64,000 nucleotides of DNA from an uncultured delta proteobacterium (GTDB lineage Bacteria > Myxococcota > Myxococcia > Myxococcales > Myxococcaceae): positions 64,001 to 128,000 of the forward strand of contig CAVZMH010000022.1 of the NCBI GenBank assembly GCA_963776345.1, in the 5' to 3' direction. A program made the position numbers and the translations under genes. The notes under the pieces are model-generated. The model made no database searches, was not told the DNA's origin, and was given only the letters and a program-made list of their open reading frames with translations. Of the stretch, positions 34,688 to 44,148 are shown one piece after another; the stretch's first letter is position 1, and every line of letters begins with the position of its first letter.

Positions 34688-35332
34688 ATGTCGGAGACAC
34701 TTCCACCCAGGTTGGACGACACCGAGCCGGAGGAGATCTCCCGGCGTCACTTCATCGAGCACGTCGGCTTCATGTCCGGCACCGCGCTGCTCTACGCCGC
34801 GTGCAAGCCGTCCGAGCAGAAGAATCCGCGTAAAGAAACAACCGTCGGCCCGGTGGTCGAGAGCTCGCACCGCTCGCTCACCAACGAGGAGTACGACGCG
34901 GTGGCGGCGGCGGTGGAGCGCATCTGTCCTCGCGACGAGGAGCCGGGGGCCATCGACCTCGGGGTGCCCGAGTACATCGACCGGGCGCTGTCCACGCCCA
35001 CGCTCGGCCACGTCCGCGACGAGTTCGTGCGCGGCACCGAGGCGCTGATGCGCCGGGCGCAGACCCGGCACCACCGGGCGTTCGCCGCGCTGGCCCCCGC
35101 CGAGCAGGACGCGCTGCTCACCGAGTTCAAGGACTCGCCCCCCGGGAGCGGCGAGGCGCACTACTGGACCGTGCTCATCGGGCTGACCATGGAGGGCCTG
35201 TTCGGAGATCCGGCGCACGGCGGGAACAGGGGCGGGCGCGGCTGGGAGCTGATCGGCTACGGCCAGGGCCGGCGCGGCTGTGCGGATCCGTCCGGCCACC
35301 ATCACCACGGCTGCCAGACCAGGAAGGGCTAG
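34688..35332 (+). CDS. Gluconate 2-dehydrogenase subunit 3-family protein with Tat/lipoprotein signal
   Basis: SRRHF twin-arginine, YAAC; PGAIDLGVPEYIDRAL; EGLFGDPAHGGNR..GWELIGY. Confidence 0.88.
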   Translation: MSETLPPRLDDTEPEEISRRHFIEHVGFMSGTALLYAACKPSEQKNPRKETTVGPVVESSHRSLTNEEYDAVAAAVERICPRDEEPGAIDLGVPEYIDRALSTPTLGHVRDEFVRGTEALMRRAQTRHHRAFAALAPAEQDALLTEFKDSPPGSGEAHYWTVLIGLTMEGLFGDPAHGGNRGGRGWELIGYGQGRRGCADPSGHHHHGCQTRKG

Positions 35333-35337
35333 GCGGG

Positions 35338-36999
35338 ATGGCCTTCTCCGAGGTGGACGCGGTGGTGGTCGGCAGCGGTGCGGGCGGCGCGCCCATGGCG
35401 CTCCAGCTCGCGCGCGCGGGGTACAAGGTGGTGCTGCTGGAGAAGGGCCCCCGCTACACCGAGGCCGACTTCACGCACGACGAGATCTCGATCTCCCGGC
35501 GGAACTTCTTCATGCCCCTGCCGTGGGACGAGCCGCACCTCTGGCGGGTGGGGCAGTCCGGGAAGTACTCGCGGAGCAACCACGCCTGGACCGCCAACTG
35601 CGTCGGCGGCGGCACGGTGCACATGAGCGGGTTCTTCTACCGGCTGAAGCCGGTGGACTTCCGGATGAAGTCGATGCTCGGCGCGCCTCCGGGCTCGACG
35701 GTGGTGGACTGGCCCATCCGCTACGAGGATCTGCTCCCCTACTACGAGCAGGTGGAGGAGGAGATCGGCGTCTCGGGCCTGGTGACCGAGCACCCCTGGG
35801 CCGAGCCACGCCGCAAGCCGTACCCGCTGCCTCCGCTCGACGAGCACCCCATCGCCAAGGAGATCGACCGGGCGGGGAAGAAGATCGGCGTGCACCCGTA
35901 CCCCACCGCGCGCGCCATCAACAGCCGCCCGTACCGGCAGCGGGCGGGGTGCGCCTACTGCCCGCTGTGCGGCAGCTACGGCTGCGAGGTGGGCGCGAAG
36001 TCCAGCACCCACGCGGCGCTGATTCCCGAGGCGCTCGCCACCGGCAACGTCGAGCTCCGCACCCGGTGCATGGCCCGGAGCGTGGAGGTCTCGGCCGACG
36101 GGCGGGCGAAGAGCGTGGTGTACCTGGACGAGGCCGGCGTGCTGCAGGAACAGCCGGCGCGGATCGTCGTCGTCTCCTGCACCGCGGTGGAGAGCGCGCG
36201 CCTGCTCCTCAACTCGCGCTCGGCGCGCTGGCCGAACGGGCTGGCCAACGACAGCGGGCTGGTGGGGAAGAACCTGACGTTCAGCGGATTCGGGAGGTCC
36301 AGGGCCTCGTTCCGCATCTCCAAGCGCAAGCAGAGCTGGCCCTGGCTGGACGATCCGGCGCCCTTCGTCCAGCGCAGCCTCTCGGACCACTACGTGCTCC
36401 CCGCCTCGGCGAAGCTGGGGAGCAGGAAGGGCGGGGCGATCGGCTTCCTCTGGGAGCACCCCGCGCCGATCAGCGCCGGCATCGTGCTGGCCCAGGGCGC
36501 CAAGGGGGTCTTCGGCAAGGAGCTCAAGGACCGCTTCCGCGTCTTTCGCGACAGCAAGGTGCTGCAGTTCGAGACCTACGCCGAGTGGTTGCCCACGCCG
36601 GGCACGTCGGTCACCGTGGAGAGCTCGGTGCTCGACCGCTACGGGCTCCCGGTGGCGGCGATCACCATCGACCGTCACCCCGCGGACCTGCCGGTGACCC
36701 GCTACCTCATCGACCGTGGCGAGGAAGTTCTCAAGGCGATGGAGCCGGACGCGGTGTGGCGGGTGACCGAGGCGGGCGAGACCACCATCCTCCAGCACGG
36801 CACCTGCCGCTTCGGCAACGACCCGGCGACCAGCGTCCTGGACCGGGACTGCCGGGCCCACACCGTCCCCAACCTCTACGTGGTGGACGGCAGCTTCATG
36901 CCCACCAGCGGCGGCAACCCCAACACCCTCACCATCATGGCCAACGCCTACCGCGTGGCGGACCGGCTGGTGCAGCGGGTGAAATCAGGAAAGATCTAG
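35338..36999 (+). CDS. GMC-family FAD oxidoreductase (gluconate dehydrogenase flavoprotein-like)
   Basis: VVVGSGAGG, VGGGTVH, DWPIRYEDL, CAYCPLCGSYGC, HGTCRFG, NLYVVDGS, NPNTLTI. Confidence 0.92.
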   Translation: MAFSEVDAVVVGSGAGGAPMALQLARAGYKVVLLEKGPRYTEADFTHDEISISRRNFFMPLPWDEPHLWRVGQSGKYSRSNHAWTANCVGGGTVHMSGFFYRLKPVDFRMKSMLGAPPGSTVVDWPIRYEDLLPYYEQVEEEIGVSGLVTEHPWAEPRRKPYPLPPLDEHPIAKEIDRAGKKIGVHPYPTARAINSRPYRQRAGCAYCPLCGSYGCEVGAKSSTHAALIPEALATGNVELRTRCMARSVEVSADGRAKSVVYLDEAGVLQEQPARIVVVSCTAVESARLLLNSRSARWPNGLANDSGLVGKNLTFSGFGRSRASFRISKRKQSWPWLDDPAPFVQRSLSDHYVLPASAKLGSRKGGAIGFLWEHPAPISAGIVLAQGAKGVFGKELKDRFRVFRDSKVLQFETYAEWLPTPGTSVTVESSVLDRYGLPVAAITIDRHPADLPVTRYLIDRGEEVLKAMEPDAVWRVTEAGETTILQHGTCRFGNDPATSVLDRDCRAHTVPNLYVVDGSFMPTSGGNPNTLTIMANAYRVADRLVQRVKSGKI

Positions 37000-37505
37000 A
37001 AAACTGCGGGGATGACCTCGATCTTCATGAGGTAGGTCGCCTCGAGGTCGCTCTTGAACGAGATGAGGTGCTCGTCCTGGTCGAGCAGGTTCTCGCTCCG
37101 CTCGAAGACGCCGGTGGAGTTCGACTCGGCGGCCACGGTCTTCCCGTCCACGTCCGCGCGGATGCTGGCCTTGCACCCGGTCTCGTACCAGACGATGGAG
37201 GTCAGGGTGCCCACCGCGGTGATGTCGTCGAAGTAGAAGCTGACCTTCACCTCGCTGGGCTCGTCGAGGCGGACGATGATCTTCCCCTGTCCGGGGAAGC
37301 GGCCCTCGATGTAGCTCTCGTTCCCGATGAAGCAGCTCGCGGTCTGGTTGCAGACCGGCCAGCTCCCGTTGCAGCTGTCCTTCACCCGCGCACCGATGAA
37401 GTCGTCGCGACCGCTGCTACACCCACAAAGCCACACCAGCACCAGCGTCGCGAACGCGGCTGGTCGCTGGAAGGGCCTCGGCGGGATCGGTAGACTTCTC
37501 TTCAT
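36996..37505 (-). CDS. Cys-containing lipoprotein, hypothetical (start uncertain)
   Basis: LVLVWLCGC lipobox; CNGSWPVCNQTASC. Confidence 0.7.
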   Translation of the reverse strand: MKRSLPIPPRPFQRPAAFATLVLVWLCGCSSGRDDFIGARVKDSCNGSWPVCNQTASCFIGNESYIEGRFPGQGKIIVRLDEPSEVKVSFYFDDITAVGTLTSIVWYETGCKASIRADVDGKTVAAESNSTGVFERSENLLDQDEHLISFKSDLEATYLMKIEVIPAVF

Positions 37506-37956
37506 GATCAAGCGCGTTCTCGTCTCGTGTGCGGTGCTGCTCGGCGCCGCAGGTGTTGCTTGCGGTGGTAGCTCCGGCACCGCGGACCTTCCGGTGAAGC
37601 CGCAGATCGTCACCGACCGCGATTCTATCGTGGACCAGACCATCTACGCAGGCCAGCAGCACAACCAGACCCTGCAGGTCACCAACAAGGGTCAGCAGGA
37701 CCTGGTGGTGAGTACATATGCGCTCCAGGCCGACCCGGGCTGGACGCTGACCAACACCACGCTGATCCAGGCGTCCGACGGGTCGCTGAACAACACCGTG
37801 AAGTCCAACCAGACGGCGTTCATCCAAATGACCTGCAAGCCCACCTCCACGGGCCAGACCATCAACGGGACGCTGACCATCAACTCCAACGCCGAGAACA
37901 AGCCCGCCAAGACGGTGACCGTGAGCTGCGGCCCGGCCGTCGCTCCTCCTCCTTGA
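37504..37956 (+). CDS. Lipoprotein with Ig-like (ASH/choice-of-anchor-D-like) domain
   Basis: MIKRVLVSCAVLLGAAGVAC; VTNKGQQDLVVS, GTLTINSNAEN. Confidence 0.7.
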   Translation: MIKRVLVSCAVLLGAAGVACGGSSGTADLPVKPQIVTDRDSIVDQTIYAGQQHNQTLQVTNKGQQDLVVSTYALQADPGWTLTNTTLIQASDGSLNNTVKSNQTAFIQMTCKPTSTGQTINGTLTINSNAENKPAKTVTVSCGPAVAPPP

Positions 37957-37962
37957 TGTTTT

Positions 37963-37993
37963 CCGGGCGGGCGGGCTCTCCTGCCCGCCCCGG
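37963..37993. terminator. GC hairpin between convergent genes
   Basis: GGGCGGGCGGG-CTCT-CCTGCCCGCCC. Confidence 0.45.
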
Positions 37994-38001
37994 CTTCTCC
38001 G

Positions 38002-40303
38002 TCAGTTCCTGGTGAAATTGCAGGGCGTGGGGCAGCTCACCGTCGCTCCACCCTGCGCGGTGAAGGTGTACGGGTACGCCCCGAACCCGGTCTCCACCGT
38101 GTACGGGACGTTGGTCACCCAGGACGTCCGGTTGATGGGGAAGACGGAGACGAACATCTTCGCCGTGCCCGAGGCGGGGACCAGGCGCTGCTCGAGGCAC
38201 CCGCAGGCGTAATCGCGCAGGACGGTGAGCACGTTCCCGGTCGGCATCGTTCCGGAGTACGAGCGGTCGTACGCGGGCTCGAGCGGGGTCGCCGTCCCGC
38301 CGAAGTTCCACCACGAGGTCACCGGCCGCGGTCTCGTAGATGAGCCCGAGCTGGCTGCCGCCGGTCTGGGTCCGGGTCTGGACGCTGGCGCAGTCGACGC
38401 CGCCGTCCGGGACGCAGAAGCCCAGATGGATGCCCAGGTCGTACGGCGCGCCGGTCAGCGTGGCGGAGGGGATGCGCCACTGGAAGAAGAGCCGGGCGTC
38501 GGCCACCGCCCCCACCGGGACGTCGACCGCGAAGGTGTCCACGTCGTCGCCGCGACCGTCGTAGTCCTTCACGTCGGTGATCGGCGCGATGCCGAGGCTG
38601 GTGTCGGTGGCGCCGATGCCGTAGCTCAGGTACCCGGTCAGCGGAGTGCTGCCCGCGCCCGACGCCATGGTGGCCGGCCGCTGCGGATCCGGCACCGCCT
38701 CCGCGCCGTCGGGCTCGCCCAGCCAGTTGACGGTGATGGTGTAGTCGGTGTCGTCCGCCCAGTTGTTCCCGTCGTCCTCGAACTTGAAGAAGTAGTCGGT
38801 GTTCGCCACGTTGGGAGGAACCTGGAGCACCGCCTCGAAGTTGGCCAGGTTCGGGAACTTGGGCGAGGGGTCGTAGTTCTCGTACCGCGCCGACTGGAGG
38901 CACTGCGGCGTCTGGGCCTGACAGAGGTTGGTGGCGATGGGGTAGTTGTAGTTGGCCTGGGCCGCGCTGATGATGCACACCCCGGCGTCCCCCGCGGCGC
39001 AGGCGCTCTGCGCGCCCGCCGGCACCTCGGTGGTCACGGTGAGCAGCCGGTCCTTCTTGCCCGGCACCGGCGGGAACCGCGCCGGCGCAGTGGACGGGGT
39101 CACGGTGTAGTGCAGGAGCGTGGGCCCGGCCGTCGCCCCCACCAGGCGCACCCGGTAGTAGTCCGGGTCGGGCACGAAGCTGATCCGGCCGGTGATGGTG
39201 CCCGAGGAGCCCGGCCCGTTCAGCGCGAGGTCGGGTGAGGCCTTGGCCTTGGCGTCGGCGATGGTGTTGTTCGGCTCGGACGGATCTTGAAGGGGGACGA
39301 TGATGACCTCGACCTTGTACTTGAAGTTGAGATCTCCCGGCGGGATGACCGTCTGATTGTTCGGGTCGATGTAGGCCCGGACCTCGAGGGTGTACGTGCC
39401 GGTGCTCTGAAGCAGCCGCGCGGTGCCGATCTGCACCAGCGCCTGGCTCACCGTCGACCCGGCCGAGGACGAATCGGTGGCCACCACCGTCCCCCCGGGA
39501 TCGCGGAGGAAGTATTCCAGCCGGTAGCGGTGCGGGGGCGGCGAGGGGAACGCCGGGTCCTGCCCCACGCGGATCCACATCACCGAGTTCGGGTTGGGCG
39601 AGGCGATGGAGTAGTAGTCCATGTCCCCAGGCGTGGAGAGGAACCCGCCGTTGGTGCCGCCCACCCCGCCCGTGACCGGGCTCAAGGTGACGGGCGTGGC
39701 GGTGGCCGGGGTGTCGTTGGACTCGTTCGAGTCGGGATCGGTGACCACCTCGACCTTGATGCTGTACGGCGCGAGGTTGTCGTAGTCGATGCCGTTGTCG
39801 TCCTGCACCAGGATGTACAGGTCGTTGCTGGCCTTGGTGTAGCGGAAGGTCAGGTCGAGCATGGTGGGCGGGTTGGAGCCGTGCTGGTCCACCCCGGAGA
39901 CGATGCTGCTCGACACCGCGCCGTTGACCGAGTCGAGGACGTTGATCTGGAAGTTGACCGCGGTGTTGAAGCTGCCCGCGTCCTGTCCTGCCCCCGGCTT
40001 GTAGCCGGCGACGACGTGGACGATGGCCCGCGGGGGCAGCGCGCCCACGTTGACCACCCACCAGTCCTTGTCGCCCCGCTGCTGGATGTACTCCTGCGTC
40101 TCCTGCCCGAGCGTCAGCCGGCACTCGGCGTTCGCCGCCGCGTCCTGCGCGGTGTTGCAGTTGAGATCGGGGTGGGTGATCACCTGGGCGGGCAGCTCGC
40201 CCACCTCACCCTTGAAGCAGCCGGCGGCCAGCGCCGCCAGGAGCAGTCCACCCAGGAAGCTCGGAGCCCGGTGTGTCCGGGCGCCGGGAACGGCTCGGCT
40301 CAT
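38002..40303 (-). CDS. Large surface lipoprotein with PPC-like repeats, MtsF-like by position; frameshifted near 38325
   Basis: LAALAAGC lipobox; repeated GDKDWW/GDMDYY/PDPDYY/DDVDTF and DPSEPNNT motifs. Confidence 0.65.
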
Positions 40304-40335
40304 CGATCCTCCTCGGAGCCCGGGCAACGGACGGC

Positions 40336-42147
40336 TCAGGGGCCTGCGTCGGGCAGGCCGCCGTCCACCGCCGGCGGGGCGTAGCAGGTGGGAATGAAGT
40401 CGGTCGGCTCGACGCGGATGACGCCGTCCACCGTCTCCTTGATGCCTCCCACCGGGTAGCGCGCGGCGCGGGTGCGGAAGGTGCGGAGGATGGTGCGGCC
40501 GGCCGGGTCGTCCGCCGGGAGCATGGCGATGGAGATCTGGATCTCGTTGATGCCCGCACCGTAGCCGATGCCCCCGTCGGGGAAGAGATAGCCGCCGTCG
40601 GCGCGGAAGAGCTGGCCGCCGTCGGGCAGCCACACGCCGCCGTCGGGCCGGTAGTCGAGCGTCGGGGCCAGCGTCACGTTCTCCACCCGGAAGCGGTAGC
40701 ACTGCCGTCCCTGCTCGTCGACCGGACCGTCCTCCTCCAGCACGTAGCGGTACCCGTTGACCCCCAGGGTCGCGGTGTCGGAGAGGAGCGGGTTGGTGTG
40801 GAGCCGCAGCTCGTTGCGGTTGGAGAGCCCGTCGTTGTCCGGGTCCTCGTCCAGGTCCTGGGCCGAGGGCTGGGTCCCCAGCTGCCACTCGATGCTGTCC
40901 GGAATGCCGTCGTTGTCCGAGTCGATCAGCGTGGAGTTGGTGCCGATGATCTGCTCGTCGCAGTCGGTGATCCCGTCGCAGTCGCTGTCCACCCCGCGCA
41001 GCGCGGGCGGGCAGCCGGGATCGAGCCCGCCGCCGTCGGGGAGCATGAAGCCCAGCGGGTTGAAGCTCGCGCCCAGCTTGGAGAAGTGGACCTCGACCCC
41101 GTCGCTGAACCCGTCGCCGTCGGTGTCCGGGTTGTTGGGGTCGGTGCCCAGGGCCAGCTCCTCGTCGTCGGTCAGGCCGTCGCGGTCGCTGTCGCCGGCG
41201 TCCGGTGGCGAGTCGGCCGGGGCGGACATGTCGGAGGCCACGAATTCCTTGAGGACGTACGCCCGCCGCGTCTGGCCGATGTTGAAGTTGAGGAAGTTGA
41301 CCGCCTCGTTGTTCCGGAAGTCGCGGAAGTTGCCGCCGCCGAGGGTGGCCATCTTCTCCAGGCGCTCGGCGTCCTGGTTGATGATCAGCAAGGGACAGCC
41401 CGCGTCGCCGGTCACGTCGCAGATGCTGGACACCGGCTGCACCGGAGCGAAGACGTGGACGGTGTTGAAGATGACGTCGTCCACCAGGATCCGGAGCTGG
41501 CGGATGCGCTTGACCGCGTCACCCTGGAAGAGCTCGTCGTCCTGGTTGAAGGTGGGGTGGCCGTCCGAGAGGAAGATGACGATGTAGCGGGGTCGGGCGT
41601 CGGTCTGGGCGCCCACCGCGGCGTTGCGGTTGGCGGTGATGTCGGTGCTCAGGACCGCGTAGATCTCCGACAGCGCCTTGATGAAGTCGGTCGAGTCCCG
41701 GTTGGCGTTGGGGTTCGTGAAGTTGAGGATCTGGTCCTCGAGCGTGGTGAAGTCCGCCGGGGTGTAGGAGAGCAGCGGCTCGAACTCGGCCAGCCCGCTC
41801 TTGGTGAGGAAGGCGGTGGTGCTCCCGGCGAAGAGCATCACGCTGAAGTCGATGTTCGGATCGCGGGGCAGCGAGTTGAGCAGCTGGACCACCGCGAAGG
41901 CCCGGGTGCCGTTCGGGTCGCTCACCCGCATCGACTGCGAGGCGTCGAAGGCGAAGAGGATCTTGATCGGCCGGACCACGTCGTTGGTCCCCAGGGTGCA
42001 GAAGCGCCCCTCGAGGGTGAGGGTCCGGTCCGTCGGCAGCTGGTCCCGCCGCCGTTCGTCGTAGAGGTAACTTTGCGTGCAGGCGATCCCCAGGCCGAGC
42101 ATCCCCGCCAGGGCCGCGGCGAGCAGCCGCGCCCGGTGCGTCGTCAC
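40336..42147 (-). CDS. VWA + thrombospondin-3/Ca-binding lipoprotein (MtsE-like)
   Basis: LGIAC; MIDAS DASQS, FLSDG; DSDRDG/DTDGDG repeats; GTGA overlap with the upstream gene. Confidence 0.8.
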   Translation of the reverse strand: MTTHRARLLAAALAGMLGLGIACTQSYLYDERRRDQLPTDRTLTLEGRFCTLGTNDVVRPIKILFAFDASQSMRVSDPNGTRAFAVVQLLNSLPRDPNIDFSVMLFAGSTTAFLTKSGLAEFEPLLSYTPADFTTLEDQILNFTNPNANRDSTDFIKALSEIYAVLSTDITANRNAAVGAQTDARPRYIVIFLSDGHPTFNQDDELFQGDAVKRIRQLRILVDDVIFNTVHVFAPVQPVSSICDVTGDAGCPLLIINQDAERLEKMATLGGGNFRDFRNNEAVNFLNFNIGQTRRAYVLKEFVASDMSAPADSPPDAGDSDRDGLTDDEELALGTDPNNPDTDGDGFSDGVEVHFSKLGASFNPLGFMLPDGGGLDPGCPPALRGVDSDCDGITDCDEQIIGTNSTLIDSDNDGIPDSIEWQLGTQPSAQDLDEDPDNDGLSNRNELRLHTNPLLSDTATLGVNGYRYVLEEDGPVDEQGRQCYRFRVENVTLAPTLDYRPDGGVWLPDGGQLFRADGGYLFPDGGIGYGAGINEIQISIAMLPADDPAGRTILRTFRTRAARYPVGGIKETVDGVIRVEPTDFIPTCYAPPAVDGGLPDAGP

Positions 42148-44087
42148 GGCGGGGTCCCCACGCAGCGAGTCAGGTAATCCGGATCGCTGATCAGGAGGTT
42201 GGGCGGGAGGAACGCCGCGTCGTCCACCTGGATGTCGGGACCCGCGGGCACGCGGATGCCGGAGGGGTCGTACTGCGCCCAGGCGCAGGCTGCCTTCCAC
42301 ACTCCGTAGTCGGACGACACGGCGCTCTCCGGGGCCTCGGCGAACCAGACCTTGAACAGATTGTATCCCGCCTGCGCTGCGCCCACGCCGTTCGGCGGAG
42401 TCACCAGCTCGAGGTTGCTCACCACGTAGTCGTAGCAGACGCTGCCGTCGGGCTGCACCTCCGCCGAGCTGGTGTACTGCACGGCGGCGAGGTCGTAGAG
42501 GTTGCGGTCAGGTCGGGTGGGGTCGGTGCCGGCGCGGATCTCCTCGTCGTCCGCGATGCCGTCGTTGTCGGTGTCGACGTTGTAGTTGCGGGTCAGCGGA
42601 TCCAGCCCGTAGAGAGCCTCCAGCCCGTCGGGGATGCCGTCGCCGTCCGAGTCCACCAGCCCGGCCCGGGTCTTGAGGTAGGCCTCGGCGAACTGGCTCA
42701 GCCCGTCCCCGTCGGTGTCCCGGCAGACGCAGTTGCGGGTGAGCGGAGAGGCCGGGTCGCAGCCGCGGATGTCCTTCTTGCCGGCGGCGAAGCCCAGGTC
42801 GGAGTGGATGACCTCGAAGTGGTCGTCGAAGCAGTCGCCATCGGAGTCGCCGATGAACTGGTTGCTGCCGTTGACGAAGGGCTGGTCCTGGTCGTCCTTG
42901 AGGCCGTCCCCGTCGCTGTCCACCGCCCTCCCGTTCCCGTTGGGCACGCTGCGCAGGGAGCGGACGATCAGCGACTTGAGCACGTTCTTGCTGGCCAGCG
43001 AGGTGTAGTCCAGCGCGCCCAGCCCCAGGTTCTGGATGTCCTGGTTGCGGAACTCCTGGAACACGCCGTTGCCGCGGGCCGCCAGCTGCTGGAGCAGCCA
43101 GCGCGCCACCTGCCGCGCGGCGAGCGGGTAATCCGCCGGCGCGGTGTTGGGGTACACGCCGTAGATGTCCTGGCAGAGCAGGCCGATCGCGTTGCAGGTG
43201 GCCACGCCCTGGTCGCTGAAGAGCAGCACGGTGTGCAGCCGGATGTCGCCCACGTTGTACGCGGGCTTCAGCGACATCAGCTGATCGACGTAGCTGAAGA
43301 TCTGGTAGTTCTGGTTGCGGTCGGTGCCCGGGACGAAGCCGTCGATGGCGTCGGTGCCCTGGGCGTCGGTGAGGTTGCAGTAGTCGGGCAGCGAGTCCGC
43401 CCAGATGAGCTCCGGGTTGTTCGGGTCCGCGTACTGGCTGAGGTTGTCGTTGGCCGAGCAGCGGGGATACGGCGTTCCGTCGGTGAGCAGCACCACCACG
43501 TAGCGGGTCCGCGGCAGCAGCTGCGGATTGGTGGTGTTGGTGTCGGCGATGTCCGAGGCGATGACGCCGTAGGCGTAGGACAGGGCTCCCTGGAAGTCGG
43601 TGCCCTTGCCCAGCTCGGCCTGGAGGTTCTGGAGGTAGGTGTCGATGCCGATGGGACGGGCGAAGCGCTGCCCGGTGGCCACCGGGGGCCAGACGTTCTT
43701 CACGTTGGTGTCCCAGGGGACGATGCTCACCTGGACGTTGGGCTGGGCCGCGAACTGCTGGGTGAGCGCCTGCAGCGCCCTGACCCGGGCCGGCGTCTGG
43801 ATCCCCACCGCGGTCGCGAACTGCTCGCAGAGGCCGGCGGTGCCCTGGCTGCCCGGAGGGTCGCTGATGCACATCGACCCGGACTGGTCGACCAGCATCA
43901 CCACCTTCACCGGGAAGCCGTTGGGGTCCGGGGGATCGGTGCACACCCGGCCGCGCACGCTGAGGTGATCGTCGAGCGCGTTGACCTGCGTCGCGGTCTT
44001 CTCCAGCGAGGCGCCGCTACAGGACGACAGCACCACGGCGAGCATCAAGCTCGCCGTGGTGGGGAACAACGGGGATTTCGAGTTCAC
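42144..44087 (-). CDS. mtsD: VWA + thrombospondin-3/Ca-binding lipoprotein, MtsD-like
   Basis: VLSSC lipobox; FPVKVVMLVDQSGSMC, LLTDG; DSDGDG repeats. Confidence 0.72.
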   Translation of the reverse strand: MNSKSPLFPTTASLMLAVVLSSCSGASLEKTATQVNALDDHLSVRGRVCTDPPDPNGFPVKVVMLVDQSGSMCISDPPGSQGTAGLCEQFATAVGIQTPARVRALQALTQQFAAQPNVQVSIVPWDTNVKNVWPPVATGQRFARPIGIDTYLQNLQAELGKGTDFQGALSYAYGVIASDIADTNTTNPQLLPRTRYVVVLLTDGTPYPRCSANDNLSQYADPNNPELIWADSLPDYCNLTDAQGTDAIDGFVPGTDRNQNYQIFSYVDQLMSLKPAYNVGDIRLHTVLLFSDQGVATCNAIGLLCQDIYGVYPNTAPADYPLAARQVARWLLQQLAARGNGVFQEFRNQDIQNLGLGALDYTSLASKNVLKSLIVRSLRSVPNGNGRAVDSDGDGLKDDQDQPFVNGSNQFIGDSDGDCFDDHFEVIHSDLGFAAGKKDIRGCDPASPLTRNCVCRDTDGDGLSQFAEAYLKTRAGLVDSDGDGIPDGLEALYGLDPLTRNYNVDTDNDGIADDEEIRAGTDPTRPDRNLYDLAAVQYTSSAEVQPDGSVCYDYVVSNLELVTPPNGVGAAQAGYNLFKVWFAEAPESAVSSDYGVWKAACAWAQYDPSGIRVPAGPDIQVDDAAFLPPNLLISDPDYLTRCVGTPP

Positions 44088-44148
44088 GTTCCTGGGAGTC
44101 GGATCGATGGGTTGAGCTAGAAATCCCCCCCGGGGAGCCGAGGCCGGC

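Noticed and set aside
32590..34722. 710-aa single ORF
   Set aside because: Artefactual join of two lipoprotein genes through the frameshift near 33245; an ATGA overlap and a second lipobox are present
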